This document shows, piece by piece, positions 37,481-46,997 of a DNA stretch of 64,000 bases. The DNA is from a candidate division WOR-3 bacterium (GTDB lineage Bacteria; Hydrothermota; Tepidihabitantia; Tepidihabitantales; Tepidihabitantaceae), in contig CBFGIY010000001.1 in assembly GCA_965648935.1 (NCBI GenBank), positions 40,216 to 104,215 on the forward strand. The letters run 5' to 3'. The notes under the pieces were generated by a model. It searched no databases. It was not told where the DNA came from and worked only from the letters and a program-made list of their open reading frames with translations. Both the position numbers and the translations under genes were made by a program. Position 1 is the first letter of the stretch. Every line of letters begins with the position of its first letter.

Positions 37481-37888
37481 CTACTGGCCGCAGACCGGAC
37501 ACTTGACCTCGAGCGATGCCGGCGGCTTGGGATGCTCATTGCGGCCCAGCCCCAGCGTACCCGAGTGCTTGTGATAAGCCTCGCAATGACAGACGAAGGT
37601 CTCGCGCGGTGACAGCCCCACGTCGTACCAGTAGTACTGGTACTCGTGGACGTGGCTCTTGATCGCGTCGCGCAAACCCTTCTCGGCCCGGTCAACGTAC
37701 TCGACCTGTTCCGGGTTGTGCGCCAGGCAATAGACCCCGCCGACATTGCTCGGTATGGTCATGTCGACCCGGATCATCTCCAGACGATAAGGCCCTCTCA
37801 TCAGTACTCCCGCGAAAGCAAAGCGACGCACCCCCTGCAGGAGGGCCGCCGTCGATTCGAACACCGCCTCTCGAGCGCCATGATGCAA
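37481..37888 (-). CDS. Hypothetical protein with a C-terminal Cys/His cluster (CHCEAYHKH...CPVCGQ)
   Basis: The start may be the internal Met at 37798. It has a GVYCL...YVDRA...LRDAIKSH block that is faintly GIY-YIG-like. No confident family. Confidence 0.4.
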   Translation of the reverse strand: MHHGAREAVFESTAALLQGVRRFAFAGVLMRGPYRLEMIRVDMTIPSNVGGVYCLAHNPEQVEYVDRAEKGLRDAIKSHVHEYQYYWYDVGLSPRETFVCHCEAYHKHSGTLGLGRNEHPKPPASLEVKCPVCGQ

Positions 37889-37922
37889 CCTGGTCCAAGT
37901 CTAACCCTCCCCCCTTTGCCTG

Positions 37923-39230
37923 TCAATCAGCCGCAGGTAAGTGGACGGTGAAGACCGAGCCCTCGCCCAAGACGCTCTGCACGGTCACTTCCCCGCCGTG
38001 CAGCGCGGTGATGTGCTTGACGATGGCCAGCCCCAGCCCGGTGCCGCCGGCGCGGCGCGAGCGCGACTTGTCCGCAACGTAGAAGCGTTCGAAGACGCGG
38101 TCAAGGTGCCGCCGCTCGATGCCGATACCGGTATCGGCGACATCGACTGCCAGACGGTCGCCTTCGCGCCGCAGCCGCACCGTGACCGATCCCTTCTCAG
38201 TGTAATTGACCGCGTTGTCGACAAGATTGACAAAGACCTGCTCAAGCTTGAACCGGTCGGCCTGCACGCGGCTCGCGCTCGGCTCGATCTCCAACCTGAG
38301 TTCCAGACCCTTCTCCCGCGCCCGGGGCTCGAACAGGGCGACGACATCGCCGAGCAGCGCGTCGAGCGCGACCGGCTCGAACTCCGGCGCGCGGACGCTG
38401 TCGTCCTCGACCTCAGCCAGCAGGGCGAGGTCCTTGACCATCTGGACCAGCCGGTCAGTGTGCCGCTGGACAATCGCCAGCGGTCGGCGATTCGCATCGC
38501 TGACGTGCTCCTCCATCGTCTCGACGAAACCCTTGATTGCGGTCAGCGGCGTGCGCAATTCGTGCGCCACGTTGCGCACGAAGTCACGCTTCATCCGTAT
38601 GACCCGTTCCATCTCGGTGACGTCGTGGAATGTGACAAGCACGCTGTCCGGGCGGTCAAGCCGGGCCGCGGCGCACAGCCAGGTCCGGCCGTCCAGTTCG
38701 ATCGGACGCGGCTGCGACTGCGCGAGCGTGCCGGCCGAACGAACCGCCTCGGCCAGGGCCGGGTCGCGGATTGCCTCCCAGTGAAACAGCCCGACAACCG
38801 ATTCCCGTCCGCACAGCCGCAGAAATGCCTGGTTGGCCAGGGTGATCCGGCCGAAGCGGTCGGCCACGAGCACTCCGTCGCGCATCGCGGCTATGGTCGC
38901 GTCGAATGTCTCGCGCTCGGCCTCGAGCTGGCGCACCAGCTCGCCGGTGCGGAACGCCGACTCGTTGAACGCGCGCGCCAGCTCACGCAGCACCGGGTGG
39001 CTGCCCGGCTCGAGCCGGGCAGTGAAATCGCCCTTCCCGAACCGCTCGAATGCCCGGGTGCAGTCCCTGAGCTGGTGCTCGGTCGACCGGTAGAGAAAGA
39101 AAAGCAGCAGCCCGCCCAGCACGAACCAGCCGAGAACTATCACCGCCGCGACGCGTCCCGGTGTGAAAACCAGCAGCGCGCCGGCCGCGAACCACGCGCC
39201 GGCCAGCGCCAGAACCAGTCGGCGGTTCAC
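37923..39230 (-). CDS. phoR: Phosphate regulon sensor histidine kinase PhoR
   Basis: TM, PAS, H-box HELRTPLTAIKGF and HATPase_c. Confidence 0.8.
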   Translation of the reverse strand: MNRRLVLALAGAWFAAGALLVFTPGRVAAVIVLGWFVLGGLLLFFLYRSTEHQLRDCTRAFERFGKGDFTARLEPGSHPVLRELARAFNESAFRTGELVRQLEAERETFDATIAAMRDGVLVADRFGRITLANQAFLRLCGRESVVGLFHWEAIRDPALAEAVRSAGTLAQSQPRPIELDGRTWLCAAARLDRPDSVLVTFHDVTEMERVIRMKRDFVRNVAHELRTPLTAIKGFVETMEEHVSDANRRPLAIVQRHTDRLVQMVKDLALLAEVEDDSVRAPEFEPVALDALLGDVVALFEPRAREKGLELRLEIEPSASRVQADRFKLEQVFVNLVDNAVNYTEKGSVTVRLRREGDRLAVDVADTGIGIERRHLDRVFERFYVADKSRSRRAGGTGLGLAIVKHITALHGGEVTVQSVLGEGSVFTVHLPAAD

Positions 39231-39925
39231 TCGCGGTCGAGCTTGTACCCGACGCCGCGCACGTTCTTCAGCAACGCGCCGGCCCGGCCCAGCTTGCGCC
39301 GGAGATTGGTGATGTGGACATCGACCGTCCGGTCGATGACCGACTTGTCGTGCCCCCAGAGCCGGTTGAGGATTTCGTCACGCGAGTGCACCCAGCCCGG
39401 GTGTTCGGCGAGAATGCCGAGGATGCGGAACTCGGTGGTGGTCAGGCTAACCGGCCGGCCGTCGACGGTTGCCTCGAACCGCTTGTCGTCAATCGCCAGG
39501 CCCGGGGCGACCTCACGCGGCGCGCCCGGCCGGGGTGCCTCGCGCCGGCGCAGTACCGCCTTCACCCGGGCCTCGAGCTCGCGCGGCGAGAACGGCTTGG
39601 TGATGTAGTCGTCGGCGCCGAGTTCAAGCCCCAGCACCTTGTCTGTCTCCCCTGCCCGGGCCGTAAGCATCACCACCGGCACATCGGCGGTACGCGGCTC
39701 GGCGCGCAGCCGGCGGCATATCTCCATCCCGTCGGCGTCGGGCAACATCAGGTCCAGAAGCAGCAGGTCGGGCAGGTTGTCGTCAAGCCAGCGGTAGAAC
39801 GGCTCGGCCTCGGCGAACTCGACCGTGCGGAACCCGGCGCGCTCTAGCGTGCCCGACACAAGTTCGAGCAGGTCGGGCTCGTCGTCGACTATGGCGACGA
39901 GGCGGCTAGCTGTCTTGCTGGTCAA
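39227..39925 (-). CDS. phoB: Phosphate regulon response regulator PhoB (OmpR family)
   Basis: REC domain (VAIVDDEPD...LLLLDLMLPDADG) plus a winged-helix domain. A TTG start at 39925 is inferred; the track's upstream Met would lie inside phoU. It overlaps the phoU 3' end by 20 nt. Confidence 0.75.
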   Translation of the reverse strand: MTSKTASRLVAIVDDEPDLLELVSGTLERAGFRTVEFAEAEPFYRWLDDNLPDLLLLDLMLPDADGMEICRRLRAEPRTADVPVVMLTARAGETDKVLGLELGADDYITKPFSPRELEARVKAVLRRREAPRPGAPREVAPGLAIDDKRFEATVDGRPVSLTTTEFRILGILAEHPGWVHSRDEILNRLWGHDKSVIDRTVDVHITNLRRKLGRAGALLKNVRGVGYKLDRE

Positions 39926-40574
39926 AGTGGTGCTTGATGACCTCGCCGGTTGACATGTAGATGACATCCTCGGCGAGGTTGGTCGCGAGGTCGGCGATAC
40001 GCTCGAGGTTGAGCGATACCATCATCAGCTTGAGCGCGCGGTCGATGGCCTTCGCGTCCGAGGTCATGTACGTCACCAGCTCGCGTTTGATCTGATCGTT
40101 GAGCGCGTCGACTATGGAGTCGCGCGCGCAGACATCGCGCGCCAGCCGCGCGTCGGCCCGCGTGAACGCGTCGAGCGCGTCCTTGAGCATCGCCACCGCC
40201 TGCTCCGCCATGCGCGGAATGTCGACCAGTGGCTTGAGCTGGGGCACGCCGATCAGGTAGGTCGCGGCCTCGGCCACGTTCACGGCGTGGTCGCCGATGC
40301 GCTCGAGGTCGTTGTTGATCTTGATGCAGGCGGCGAGCGTGCGCAGGTTGCCCGCCTCGGGCTGGTGCAGCGCCATCAGGTTGATGATGAGGTCCTCGTT
40401 CTCGACCTCCTGCCGGTTAACGACGCTCTCCTGGACTTCGATGATGTGACGCGCGGCTTCGGCATCCCGCTCGACCAGTGCCCGGATGCTGCCCGAGACC
40501 ATGTCCTCGACCGTGCCGGCCATCGCCAGCAGGCGTTCCTTCAGCTCGGCTATCTTGCCTTCGAGTACGGTCAA
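39906..40574 (-). CDS. phoU: Phosphate transport system regulator PhoU
   Basis: Two PhoU repeats, with the motifs ERIGDHAVNVAE and ERIADLATNLAE. Confidence 0.85.
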   Translation of the reverse strand: MTVLEGKIAELKERLLAMAGTVEDMVSGSIRALVERDAEAARHIIEVQESVVNRQEVENEDLIINLMALHQPEAGNLRTLAACIKINNDLERIGDHAVNVAEAATYLIGVPQLKPLVDIPRMAEQAVAMLKDALDAFTRADARLARDVCARDSIVDALNDQIKRELVTYMTSDAKAIDRALKLMMVSLNLERIADLATNLAEDVIYMSTGEVIKHHFDQQDS

Positions 40575-40644
40575 CTTTGACTCCTATTCTCGGTCGCGGT
40601 CTGTCAGATTATGGCCCTTCCCGCGCGGAACGCAAGCCCCTGCG

Positions 40645-41403
40645 TCATCCGAACTTGCCCGTCAGGAAGTCCTCGGTGCGGCGATCCTTGGGCTTGGTGA
40701 AGACACCCGCGGTCGGACCGGTCTCCACCATCTCGCCCAGCATCAGAAAGGCGCAGAAGTCCGAAACGCGCGCCGCCTGCTGCATGTTGTGGGTCACGAT
40801 GACGATGGTGTAGTCGCGCTTGAGCTGGATGACCAGCTCCTCGAGCTTGGCGGTCGAGTGCGGGTCCAGGGCCGAGGCCGGCTCGTCGAGCAGGATGATC
40901 TCGGGCCGCACCGCTATCGCCCGGGCGAGGCAGAGCCGCTGCTGCTGCCCGCCCGACAGGCTGAAGGCGCTGTCGTGCAGCCGGTCCTTGACCTCGTCCC
41001 AGAGGTTGGCCGCGCGCAGCGACTCCTCGACGCGCGCCCCGATCTCGTTGCGGTTGCCTTCATGATGAATCCGCAGGCCGAAAGCCACGTTCTCGAATAT
41101 CGACTTGGGAAACGGGTTGGGTTTCTGGAACACCATACCGACGCGCTTGCGCAGCTCTATCACATCGACATCGGCGAAGATGTTCTTGCCGTCGATGACG
41201 ATGCGGCCCTCGATACGCACGCCGGCCACAAGGTCGTTCATCCGGTTGATGGTGCGCAGCAGCGTCGACTTGCCGCAGCCGGACGGACCCATAATCGCGG
41301 TCACGGCATTCGGCGGTATGTCCAGACTGCAGCCCTTCAGAACGTGGTTCGTGCCGAACCACAGTGAGAGGTCCTGTACCGAAATTCTGGTCTGGTCTGG
41401 CAT
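40645..41403 (-). CDS. pstB: Phosphate ABC transporter ATP-binding protein PstB
   Basis: Walker [20 protein letters not shown] and [11 protein letters not shown]. Confidence 0.9.
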   Translation of the reverse strand: MPDQTRISVQDLSLWFGTNHVLKGCSLDIPPNAVTAIMGPSGCGKSTLLRTINRMNDLVAGVRIEGRIVIDGKNIFADVDVIELRKRVGMVFQKPNPFPKSIFENVAFGLRIHHEGNRNEIGARVEESLRAANLWDEVKDRLHDSAFSLSGGQQQRLCLARAIAVRPEIILLDEPASALDPHSTAKLEELVIQLKRDYTIVIVTHNMQQAARVSDFCAFLMLGEMVETGPTAGVFTKPKDRRTEDFLTGKFG

Positions 41404-41418
41404 TTCTCTCCTGTTCTC

Positions 41419-42327
41419 CTACACCTGCCAGCTGTTGGTCCGGGCGATGCGCATCCGTATCGCGAAGGCGATCGCGTCAAAGAAGAGCACCGCGACGAGC
41501 AGGACGATGGCGGTGCCGAAAGCCAGGGGCCGGACCTGCATGATCTTGTCATGCTGGGTCGCCAGAGTGAAAAGGTGATAGGGCAGGGCCATGAACTTGC
41601 TCGAAAGCGACGTCGGCAACTGCCGCGTGTAGTAGGTCACGCCGGTGAACAGTATCGGCGCGGTCTCGCCGATGGTGCGGGCCAGCGCGAGCAGCGCGCC
41701 GGTCAGTATTCCCGGGAACGCATAGGGCAACACGTTCTTGCGTATCGCCTCCCAGCGGGTCGCGCCCAGGGCCAGCGCGCCCTCACGGAACGACGAAGGT
41801 ATCGCAGTGATCGCCTCTTCCGCGGTCGTGATGATCCAGGGCAGGTTCATCAAACCGAGCGTCAGGCCCGACGCGATGATCGACATCCCCAGGCGCAGGC
41901 TCGACACGAACAGCGCGACACCGAAAAGGCCGTACACGATGGAAGGTATCCCGGCGAGGCTGCGGATCGCCGAGCGCAAGAGCCGCGTGAACAGGTTGGC
42001 CGGCGCGTACTCGGAAAGGTATATTCCCGAGCAGACACCGACCGGTATCGAAAACGCGAGCGAAATGAACGTCACGAAAGCCGTGCCGACCACGCAGGGC
42101 AGGATGCCGCCCGCAGTCATTCCTTCCAGCGGCGGCTTGCTCAGGAACTCCCACGACAGCACCCCGGCGCCGTTGCGGAAGAGATAGAAAAACATGAAGG
42201 CGATGAACGCGATGAACAGGAACAGCGGCACCGCGAGCACGATGAACAGCGCGCTCGACGCGAACCGGGCGCGGCGCAGCCGGGCCTGACCCTCCGGGCT
42301 GCGGGCAGCAGGACTCGAATCGCTCAT
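41419..42327 (-). CDS. pstA: Phosphate ABC transporter permease PstA
   Basis: Start MSDSSPAARS overlaps the pstC stop as ATGA. The EAA-loop region is ALGATRWE. The upstream extension in the track ORF overlaps pstC and was rejected. Confidence 0.85.
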   Translation of the reverse strand: MSDSSPAARSPEGQARLRRARFASSALFIVLAVPLFLFIAFIAFMFFYLFRNGAGVLSWEFLSKPPLEGMTAGGILPCVVGTAFVTFISLAFSIPVGVCSGIYLSEYAPANLFTRLLRSAIRSLAGIPSIVYGLFGVALFVSSLRLGMSIIASGLTLGLMNLPWIITTAEEAITAIPSSFREGALALGATRWEAIRKNVLPYAFPGILTGALLALARTIGETAPILFTGVTYYTRQLPTSLSSKFMALPYHLFTLATQHDKIMQVRPLAFGTAIVLLVAVLFFDAIAFAIRMRIARTNSWQV

Positions 42328-43211
42328 AGCATGAAGCTCCGTTTCTCGCGCCGGATGAGCGCTTCGGCCAGCAGGTTGGTGCCCAGGGTAATGGCGAAAA
42401 GCACCAGACCGAGCGCGAACAGCGCGTAGTAGTGCGTCGTGAAGAACGGAGTCTCGCCCAGCTCGATGGCGATGGTCGTCGTTATGGTGCGCGTCGCGTC
42501 GAACAGCGACCTGGGCATGTGCGGCGCATTGCCCGCCACCATCAGCACCGCCATCGTCTCGCCCACGGCCCGGCCAAACCCGAGCATGCACCCGGCAAGG
42601 ATGCCCGACTTGGCCGCGGGCAGCACCACACGCGTTGCCGTGGTCCAGGGCGTTGCGCCCAGCGCCGCGGCCGCCTCGCGGTAGGAGTGGGGCACGACGC
42701 GCAACGCGTCGTCCGAAACCGATATGATGGTCGGCAGCGCCATCAAGGCAAGTAGCACCCCGGCATTGAGAATGTTCAATCCGGACGGCACGTTGAACAG
42801 CCGAGCGATGAGCGGCGCGACCACGACCAGACCGAAGAATCCGAGGACCACCGACGGAAACCCCGCGAAGAGCTCGACCATCGTCTTGACCATCACCCGC
42901 ACCCAGCCGCGTAGCCGCTCCGAGATGAACACCGCGCTGGCGATCCCCAGCGGCACCGCAATCACAAGGGCCAGTGCCGTGGTCACCAGGCTGCCGACCA
43001 GCAGCGGCAGCAGGCCGTAGCTCGGCTCGCCGTAGGCATCCGGGTTCCAGACCGTGCCGAACAGGAACCTGGCGACGCTCGTTTCGCGAAACGTCCGCAC
43101 TCCGTAAAGCGCGAGGAACGCAAGAATGCCGAGCAGCGTCGCCGACCCGATCAGTGCGTTGACGAAGAACACCGAACGGGCGGTGCGGTCGGCAAGACGG
43201 CGGGTGTTCAT
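42324..43211 (-). CDS. pstC: Phosphate ABC transporter permease PstC
   Basis: Six TM segments and the EAA motif EAAAALGATPW. Confidence 0.85.
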   Translation of the reverse strand: MNTRRLADRTARSVFFVNALIGSATLLGILAFLALYGVRTFRETSVARFLFGTVWNPDAYGEPSYGLLPLLVGSLVTTALALVIAVPLGIASAVFISERLRGWVRVMVKTMVELFAGFPSVVLGFFGLVVVAPLIARLFNVPSGLNILNAGVLLALMALPTIISVSDDALRVVPHSYREAAAALGATPWTTATRVVLPAAKSGILAGCMLGFGRAVGETMAVLMVAGNAPHMPRSLFDATRTITTTIAIELGETPFFTTHYYALFALGLVLFAITLGTNLLAEALIRREKRSFML

Positions 43212-43250
43212 TTGATTAGCGGCGCGGCGCCTCCCGCCGCGCCCGGTTTG

Positions 43251-44108
43251 TCACTTCAGCTTCGCGTTGTTCTTCTCGACCCAGTCCCTCGTGACCGGCA
43301 GGAAGCCCTCTTCCTCGACTATCCTCTGCCCGGCCGGGCTGAGCTCGAACTCGATGAACGCCTTGACCGCGCCCTTGGGCTTGCCGTTGGTGTACTGGAA
43401 CAGCGCCCGGGTCAGCGGGTAGTTGCCCGACTTCACGAGATTGTCGTCCAGCGGCGACACGTAGGTCTTGCCGTCGCGCGACAGGCTCACCGGCTTGACT
43501 CCGGTCATTTCTTTGAGGTAGCCCAGGCCGACGTAACCGACGCCGCCGAGGTCGGCCTTCACGCCCTCGATTATCTGGGCGTTGCCGTTCATCTGGCGCA
43601 TCGCCGCCGAATACTCCGCCTTCACGACCTCGTCGCGGAAGAACACGAAAGTGCCCGAGGAAGGCTGGCGCCCGTAGAGCGTTATCTTGCGGTCCGGCCC
43701 GCCGACTTCCTTCCAGTTCTTGATCGTGCCGCGGTAGATCTTGGCAAGCTGGTCCATCGTCAGCTTCTCGACGGTGTTCGAGGAATTGACGATCACCGAC
43801 AGCCCGTCGATGGCGATCGCAAACTCGGTGATGTTGACGCCGTTGGCCCGCGCCGTGCCGATTTCCTTCGACTTGATCGGGCGCGACGCGTTGGCGATGT
43901 CGGCCTCGCGGTTGGATATCGCGTTGATGCCCACGCCCGAGCCGCCGCCGGTGATGGACACCGTGGCGTCGGCCCTGGTCGCGCTGAACGCCTCGGCCAG
44001 CCGCTGGGTCAGGTTGAGCATCGTGTCTGAACCCTTGACCAGTATCTCACCGGCCAGGGCGGTGCCGGCCAGGGCGGCCAGGGCGAGCAGTGTGCCGAAT
44101 CTCTTCAT
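43251..44108 (-). CDS. pstS: Phosphate-binding protein PstS
   Basis: ATG 44108 has an AAGGAGA RBS. The signal peptide is MKRFGTLLALAALAGTALA, and there is a GSDT/SGS binding motif. Confidence 0.85.
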   Translation of the reverse strand: MKRFGTLLALAALAGTALAGEILVKGSDTMLNLTQRLAEAFSATRADATVSITGGGSGVGINAISNREADIANASRPIKSKEIGTARANGVNITEFAIAIDGLSVIVNSSNTVEKLTMDQLAKIYRGTIKNWKEVGGPDRKITLYGRQPSSGTFVFFRDEVVKAEYSAAMRQMNGNAQIIEGVKADLGGVGYVGLGYLKEMTGVKPVSLSRDGKTYVSPLDDNLVKSGNYPLTRALFQYTNGKPKGAVKAFIEFELSPAGQRIVEEEGFLPVTRDWVEKNNAKLK

Positions 44109-44130
44109 TTCGTCTCCTTGGTTCGGTTGC

Positions 44131-45318
44131 CTAAATCTCGGGCGGCGGCACGTGCGCGACCCACTCGAACCGGAACTGGGCCATGAACGTGTCCTTCGGG
44201 TCCACGCCTTCCTTGCGCGACATCTCGCGCGACCAGGCAAGCTGGAGCGCGGCCCCGGGCCGCCCGCCGGCGCGGCGGTAGAAGTGCCAGTTGGCCCCGG
44301 CCCCGATGCGCGAGAAGCTCGCGCCGAGATTGACCGGCATCGAATCTCCGGACTGCTCCTTGCGCTCCCAGGTCGAGAACCGGCCCCACGCTTCGAGCCT
44401 GCGCCCGAGCAGCGTCACGACCGGCATCACGTCGAACCCGCCCATCGCATAGTCCTTGGTCTTGGTCTCAAGTGTCGAGTCGATGAGGACGTTGGCCGTA
44501 TCGTAGACGAGCTTGTACTGGCTGAAGGAACGGGTGTAATTGTAGCCGACATAGCTGCCCAGCACATAGACCGGGCCGACCGCAACGCGGACCATCGGGC
44601 TGAACGCGAGACGCTTGGTGTTGGCGGTGTCGGGCATCAGCCTGAGCTTGTTGTCGCTCGAGCGCTTGCCCCCGGCGACATCGTTCTTGTACAGCGATAT
44701 GTCGCGCTCGTGGGTGAAGACCGAGCCGCCGAACTGCAGACCCGGGAACGGGGTCAGGCGCAGGTTGGCCAGCAGCTCGGGGGCCGTGCCGACGAACTTG
44801 CCCGCCATCTTGTAGCCCTCGCCGTTGTACACGCCGAGCTGAAGCTCGCCCAGACCCGAGGGCAGGAAACCGTTGACCGTGATACCGTAGTCGGCGCTCG
44901 AACACACGCCGCGGTCGTCAATCAGGTCCTTGTCCGGGTTCAGGTAGTCCCACGAATAGATGAGCCCGAAGTAGTGCTTCTGCAGGCCCGCGGTCAGCAG
45001 GAAGTCGGGCAGGAAGGGAATGGCGAAGTCCATGTAGCCTTCCTTCAGCCGCACGGTCGAGCCCTCGGTGTACTTGTCGGACGAGAACATGTCGACCGTG
45101 AACTTGGAGTACAGCGCCGGGGTCCAGCGGTGCGCCAGCCGGATGTAGCCGCGCTCCAGCGCGAACCGGCTGACACTCGGGTCGGTGATACTGAAGTTCG
45201 TGGACTGGTTCGTGTAGCGGAACCAGCCGTTCATCTCCAACTGAGTATGGCCCGGATCCTGGGCCAGTGCGCCTGCTGCCGCGATAGCGAGCAGCACGAT
45301 TACAGCGGTCGTTTTCAC
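44131..45318 (-). CDS. Phosphate-selective porin O/P-like outer-membrane beta-barrel
   Basis: Signal peptide, alternating amphipathic beta-strands, and an aromatic terminus FRFEW. It is the first gene of the Pho cluster. Confidence 0.65.
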   Translation of the reverse strand: MKTTAVIVLLAIAAAGALAQDPGHTQLEMNGWFRYTNQSTNFSITDPSVSRFALERGYIRLAHRWTPALYSKFTVDMFSSDKYTEGSTVRLKEGYMDFAIPFLPDFLLTAGLQKHYFGLIYSWDYLNPDKDLIDDRGVCSSADYGITVNGFLPSGLGELQLGVYNGEGYKMAGKFVGTAPELLANLRLTPFPGLQFGGSVFTHERDISLYKNDVAGGKRSSDNKLRLMPDTANTKRLAFSPMVRVAVGPVYVLGSYVGYNYTRSFSQYKLVYDTANVLIDSTLETKTKDYAMGGFDVMPVVTLLGRRLEAWGRFSTWERKEQSGDSMPVNLGASFSRIGAGANWHFYRRAGGRPGAALQLAWSREMSRKEGVDPKDTFMAQFRFEWVAHVPPPEI

Positions 45319-45474
45319 TCAGAGCCTCCTTTTGTGAGTTTCGAGCGCAGGGCTATGCTAAGACCGCCTGTTATTGCCGGATAAGCCGAATGCTAAGACT
45401 TTCTTAACACTGCACCGAGCGAATCGAGGCTGTCCGGGATGCGCGATTGACAGCAGTTAGCGCGGTCAATATGA

Positions 45475-46197
45475 TTGGCCGTGCCTCGCGCCTTGGTCTG
45501 CATCCCGACCTACAACGAGGCCGAAAACATCGGCCGCATCATCCCGGTCGCGCTCGCGCAGTCGCCGGAGATAGACGTGCTGGTCATTGACGACGGCTCG
45601 CCGGACGGCACCGGCGACATCGTGGCCCGGCTCGCGGCCGAGAACCCGCGCGTCCACCTGCTGAGGCGACAGGGCAAGCAAGGCTTGGGCACCGCCTATG
45701 TCGCCGGCTTCAAGTGGGGCCTTGAGCGCGACTATGACCGGTTCTTCGAGATGGACGCGGACTTCTCCCACCCGGTCGACCAGTTGCCCGTGATGCTCGA
45801 ACTGCTCAAGACTCACGACCTCGTCATCGGCTCGCGCTATTGCGACGGCATCTCGATAGTGCGCTGGCCGATGAAACGGCTGCTGCTGTCCTATGGCGCG
45901 TCCATCTATGCGCGGCTGGGTACCGGCATCCCGGTGCGCGACCTCACTGCCGGGTTCAAGGGCTACACCCGCAAGGCGCTGGAATCCATCGACCTCGACC
46001 GCCTGCGCGTCGACGGCTACGGCTTCCAGATTGAGATAGTTTTCGCGATAGTGCGCAAGGGGCTGAAGTTCGTCGAAACGCCGATCGTGTTCACCGAGCG
46101 CACCGCCGGCGTCTCCAAGATGTCGCGGCGCATCATCTGGCAGGCCTTCGGGCTGGTCATCCGCCTGCGCCTGCGCCGCATCTTCGGGCGCGGCTAG
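45475..46197 (+). CDS. Polyprenyl-phosphate glycosyltransferase (Dpm1/GtrB-like GT2)
   Basis: IPTYNEAENI, VIDDGSPDGT, and the DADFSHP and GSRY blocks. Confidence 0.8.
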   Translation: MAVPRALVCIPTYNEAENIGRIIPVALAQSPEIDVLVIDDGSPDGTGDIVARLAAENPRVHLLRRQGKQGLGTAYVAGFKWGLERDYDRFFEMDADFSHPVDQLPVMLELLKTHDLVIGSRYCDGISIVRWPMKRLLLSYGASIYARLGTGIPVRDLTAGFKGYTRKALESIDLDRLRVDGYGFQIEIVFAIVRKGLKFVETPIVFTERTAGVSKMSRRIIWQAFGLVIRLRLRRIFGRG

Positions 46198-46577
46198 TCC
46201 GCACGCGAATACCGCACCCAACCCGGCCCGGATGATGGCTGCAGGCCGGACAGACATCCATCTTCGCACTAATTGAACTTCGCGAGCGTTGTGTCAGTGA
46301 CGACACGGCCGTCCTGAACTGCGACCCCGGCGTCAGACGGCGTATCAGCTTGAATGGTCTGTACTTAGTCCTGGTCTCGACCGAACTGCGGGGCCGCTGG
46401 GGGAACGGTTCCCCCACCCCTTTCCTGGCCTAACACGAATACCACGCTGTGTCAGATCGGCCGCGCCGGTGACCGTGGCGGTCACCCTGCCGCATTCCCT
46501 GCCGACTCCTCCCCTGCGGAACGACAGCTTCTCTGTGGGGCGCTTGGGCCGGCCCTCAGGTCGCGTTATACTGCGCT

Positions 46578-46933
46578 GAAGGCGGGTCGGACGGTCGCCC
46601 GGCAACGGGAGGAAAGTCCGAGCACCATAGGGCAAGGCACTCGTTAAGAGCGAGGCTGCGGGTCGGAGACGGCCCGTGGACGGAAAGTGCCACAGAAAAC
46701 ATACCGCCCGCAAGGGTAAGGGTGAAATAGTGCGGTAAGAGCGCACTGTCCCCGACGGCGACGCCGGGGACCGGCAAACCCTGCCGGTGCAAGACGAATA
46801 TGGGAACAGGACCGGCCCGGTCCGTTACGATTCCCGGGTATGTCGCTTGAGACCGGCGGGCAACCGCCGGCCCAGATAAATGACCGTCACCGGCGCAAGC
46901 CGGTACAGAACTCGGCTTACAGACCCGCCTCCA
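46578..46933 (+). ncRNA. rnpB: RNase P RNA, bacterial type A
   Basis: Conserved GGAAAGTCCGAGCACCATAGGGCAAGGC (P4/P5), AAGGGTGAAATAGTGCGGTAAGAGCGCAC (P10-P12) and ACAGAACTCGGCTTACAG. P1 pairs GGCGGGTC with GACCCGCC. A promoter TTGGGC-17-TATACT lies 6 nt upstream. Confidence 0.85.
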
Positions 46934-46997
46934 CTCTCGCCGCCCTGCGGGCTTGCCCGGCCGTTGACAACGGGCAACCCGTCCCTAAGCTGGCGCG

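Noticed and set aside
37941-39608. 555-aa plus-strand ORF
   Set aside because: It is antisense to phoR and phoB, which have canonical HisKA, HATPase and REC motifs.
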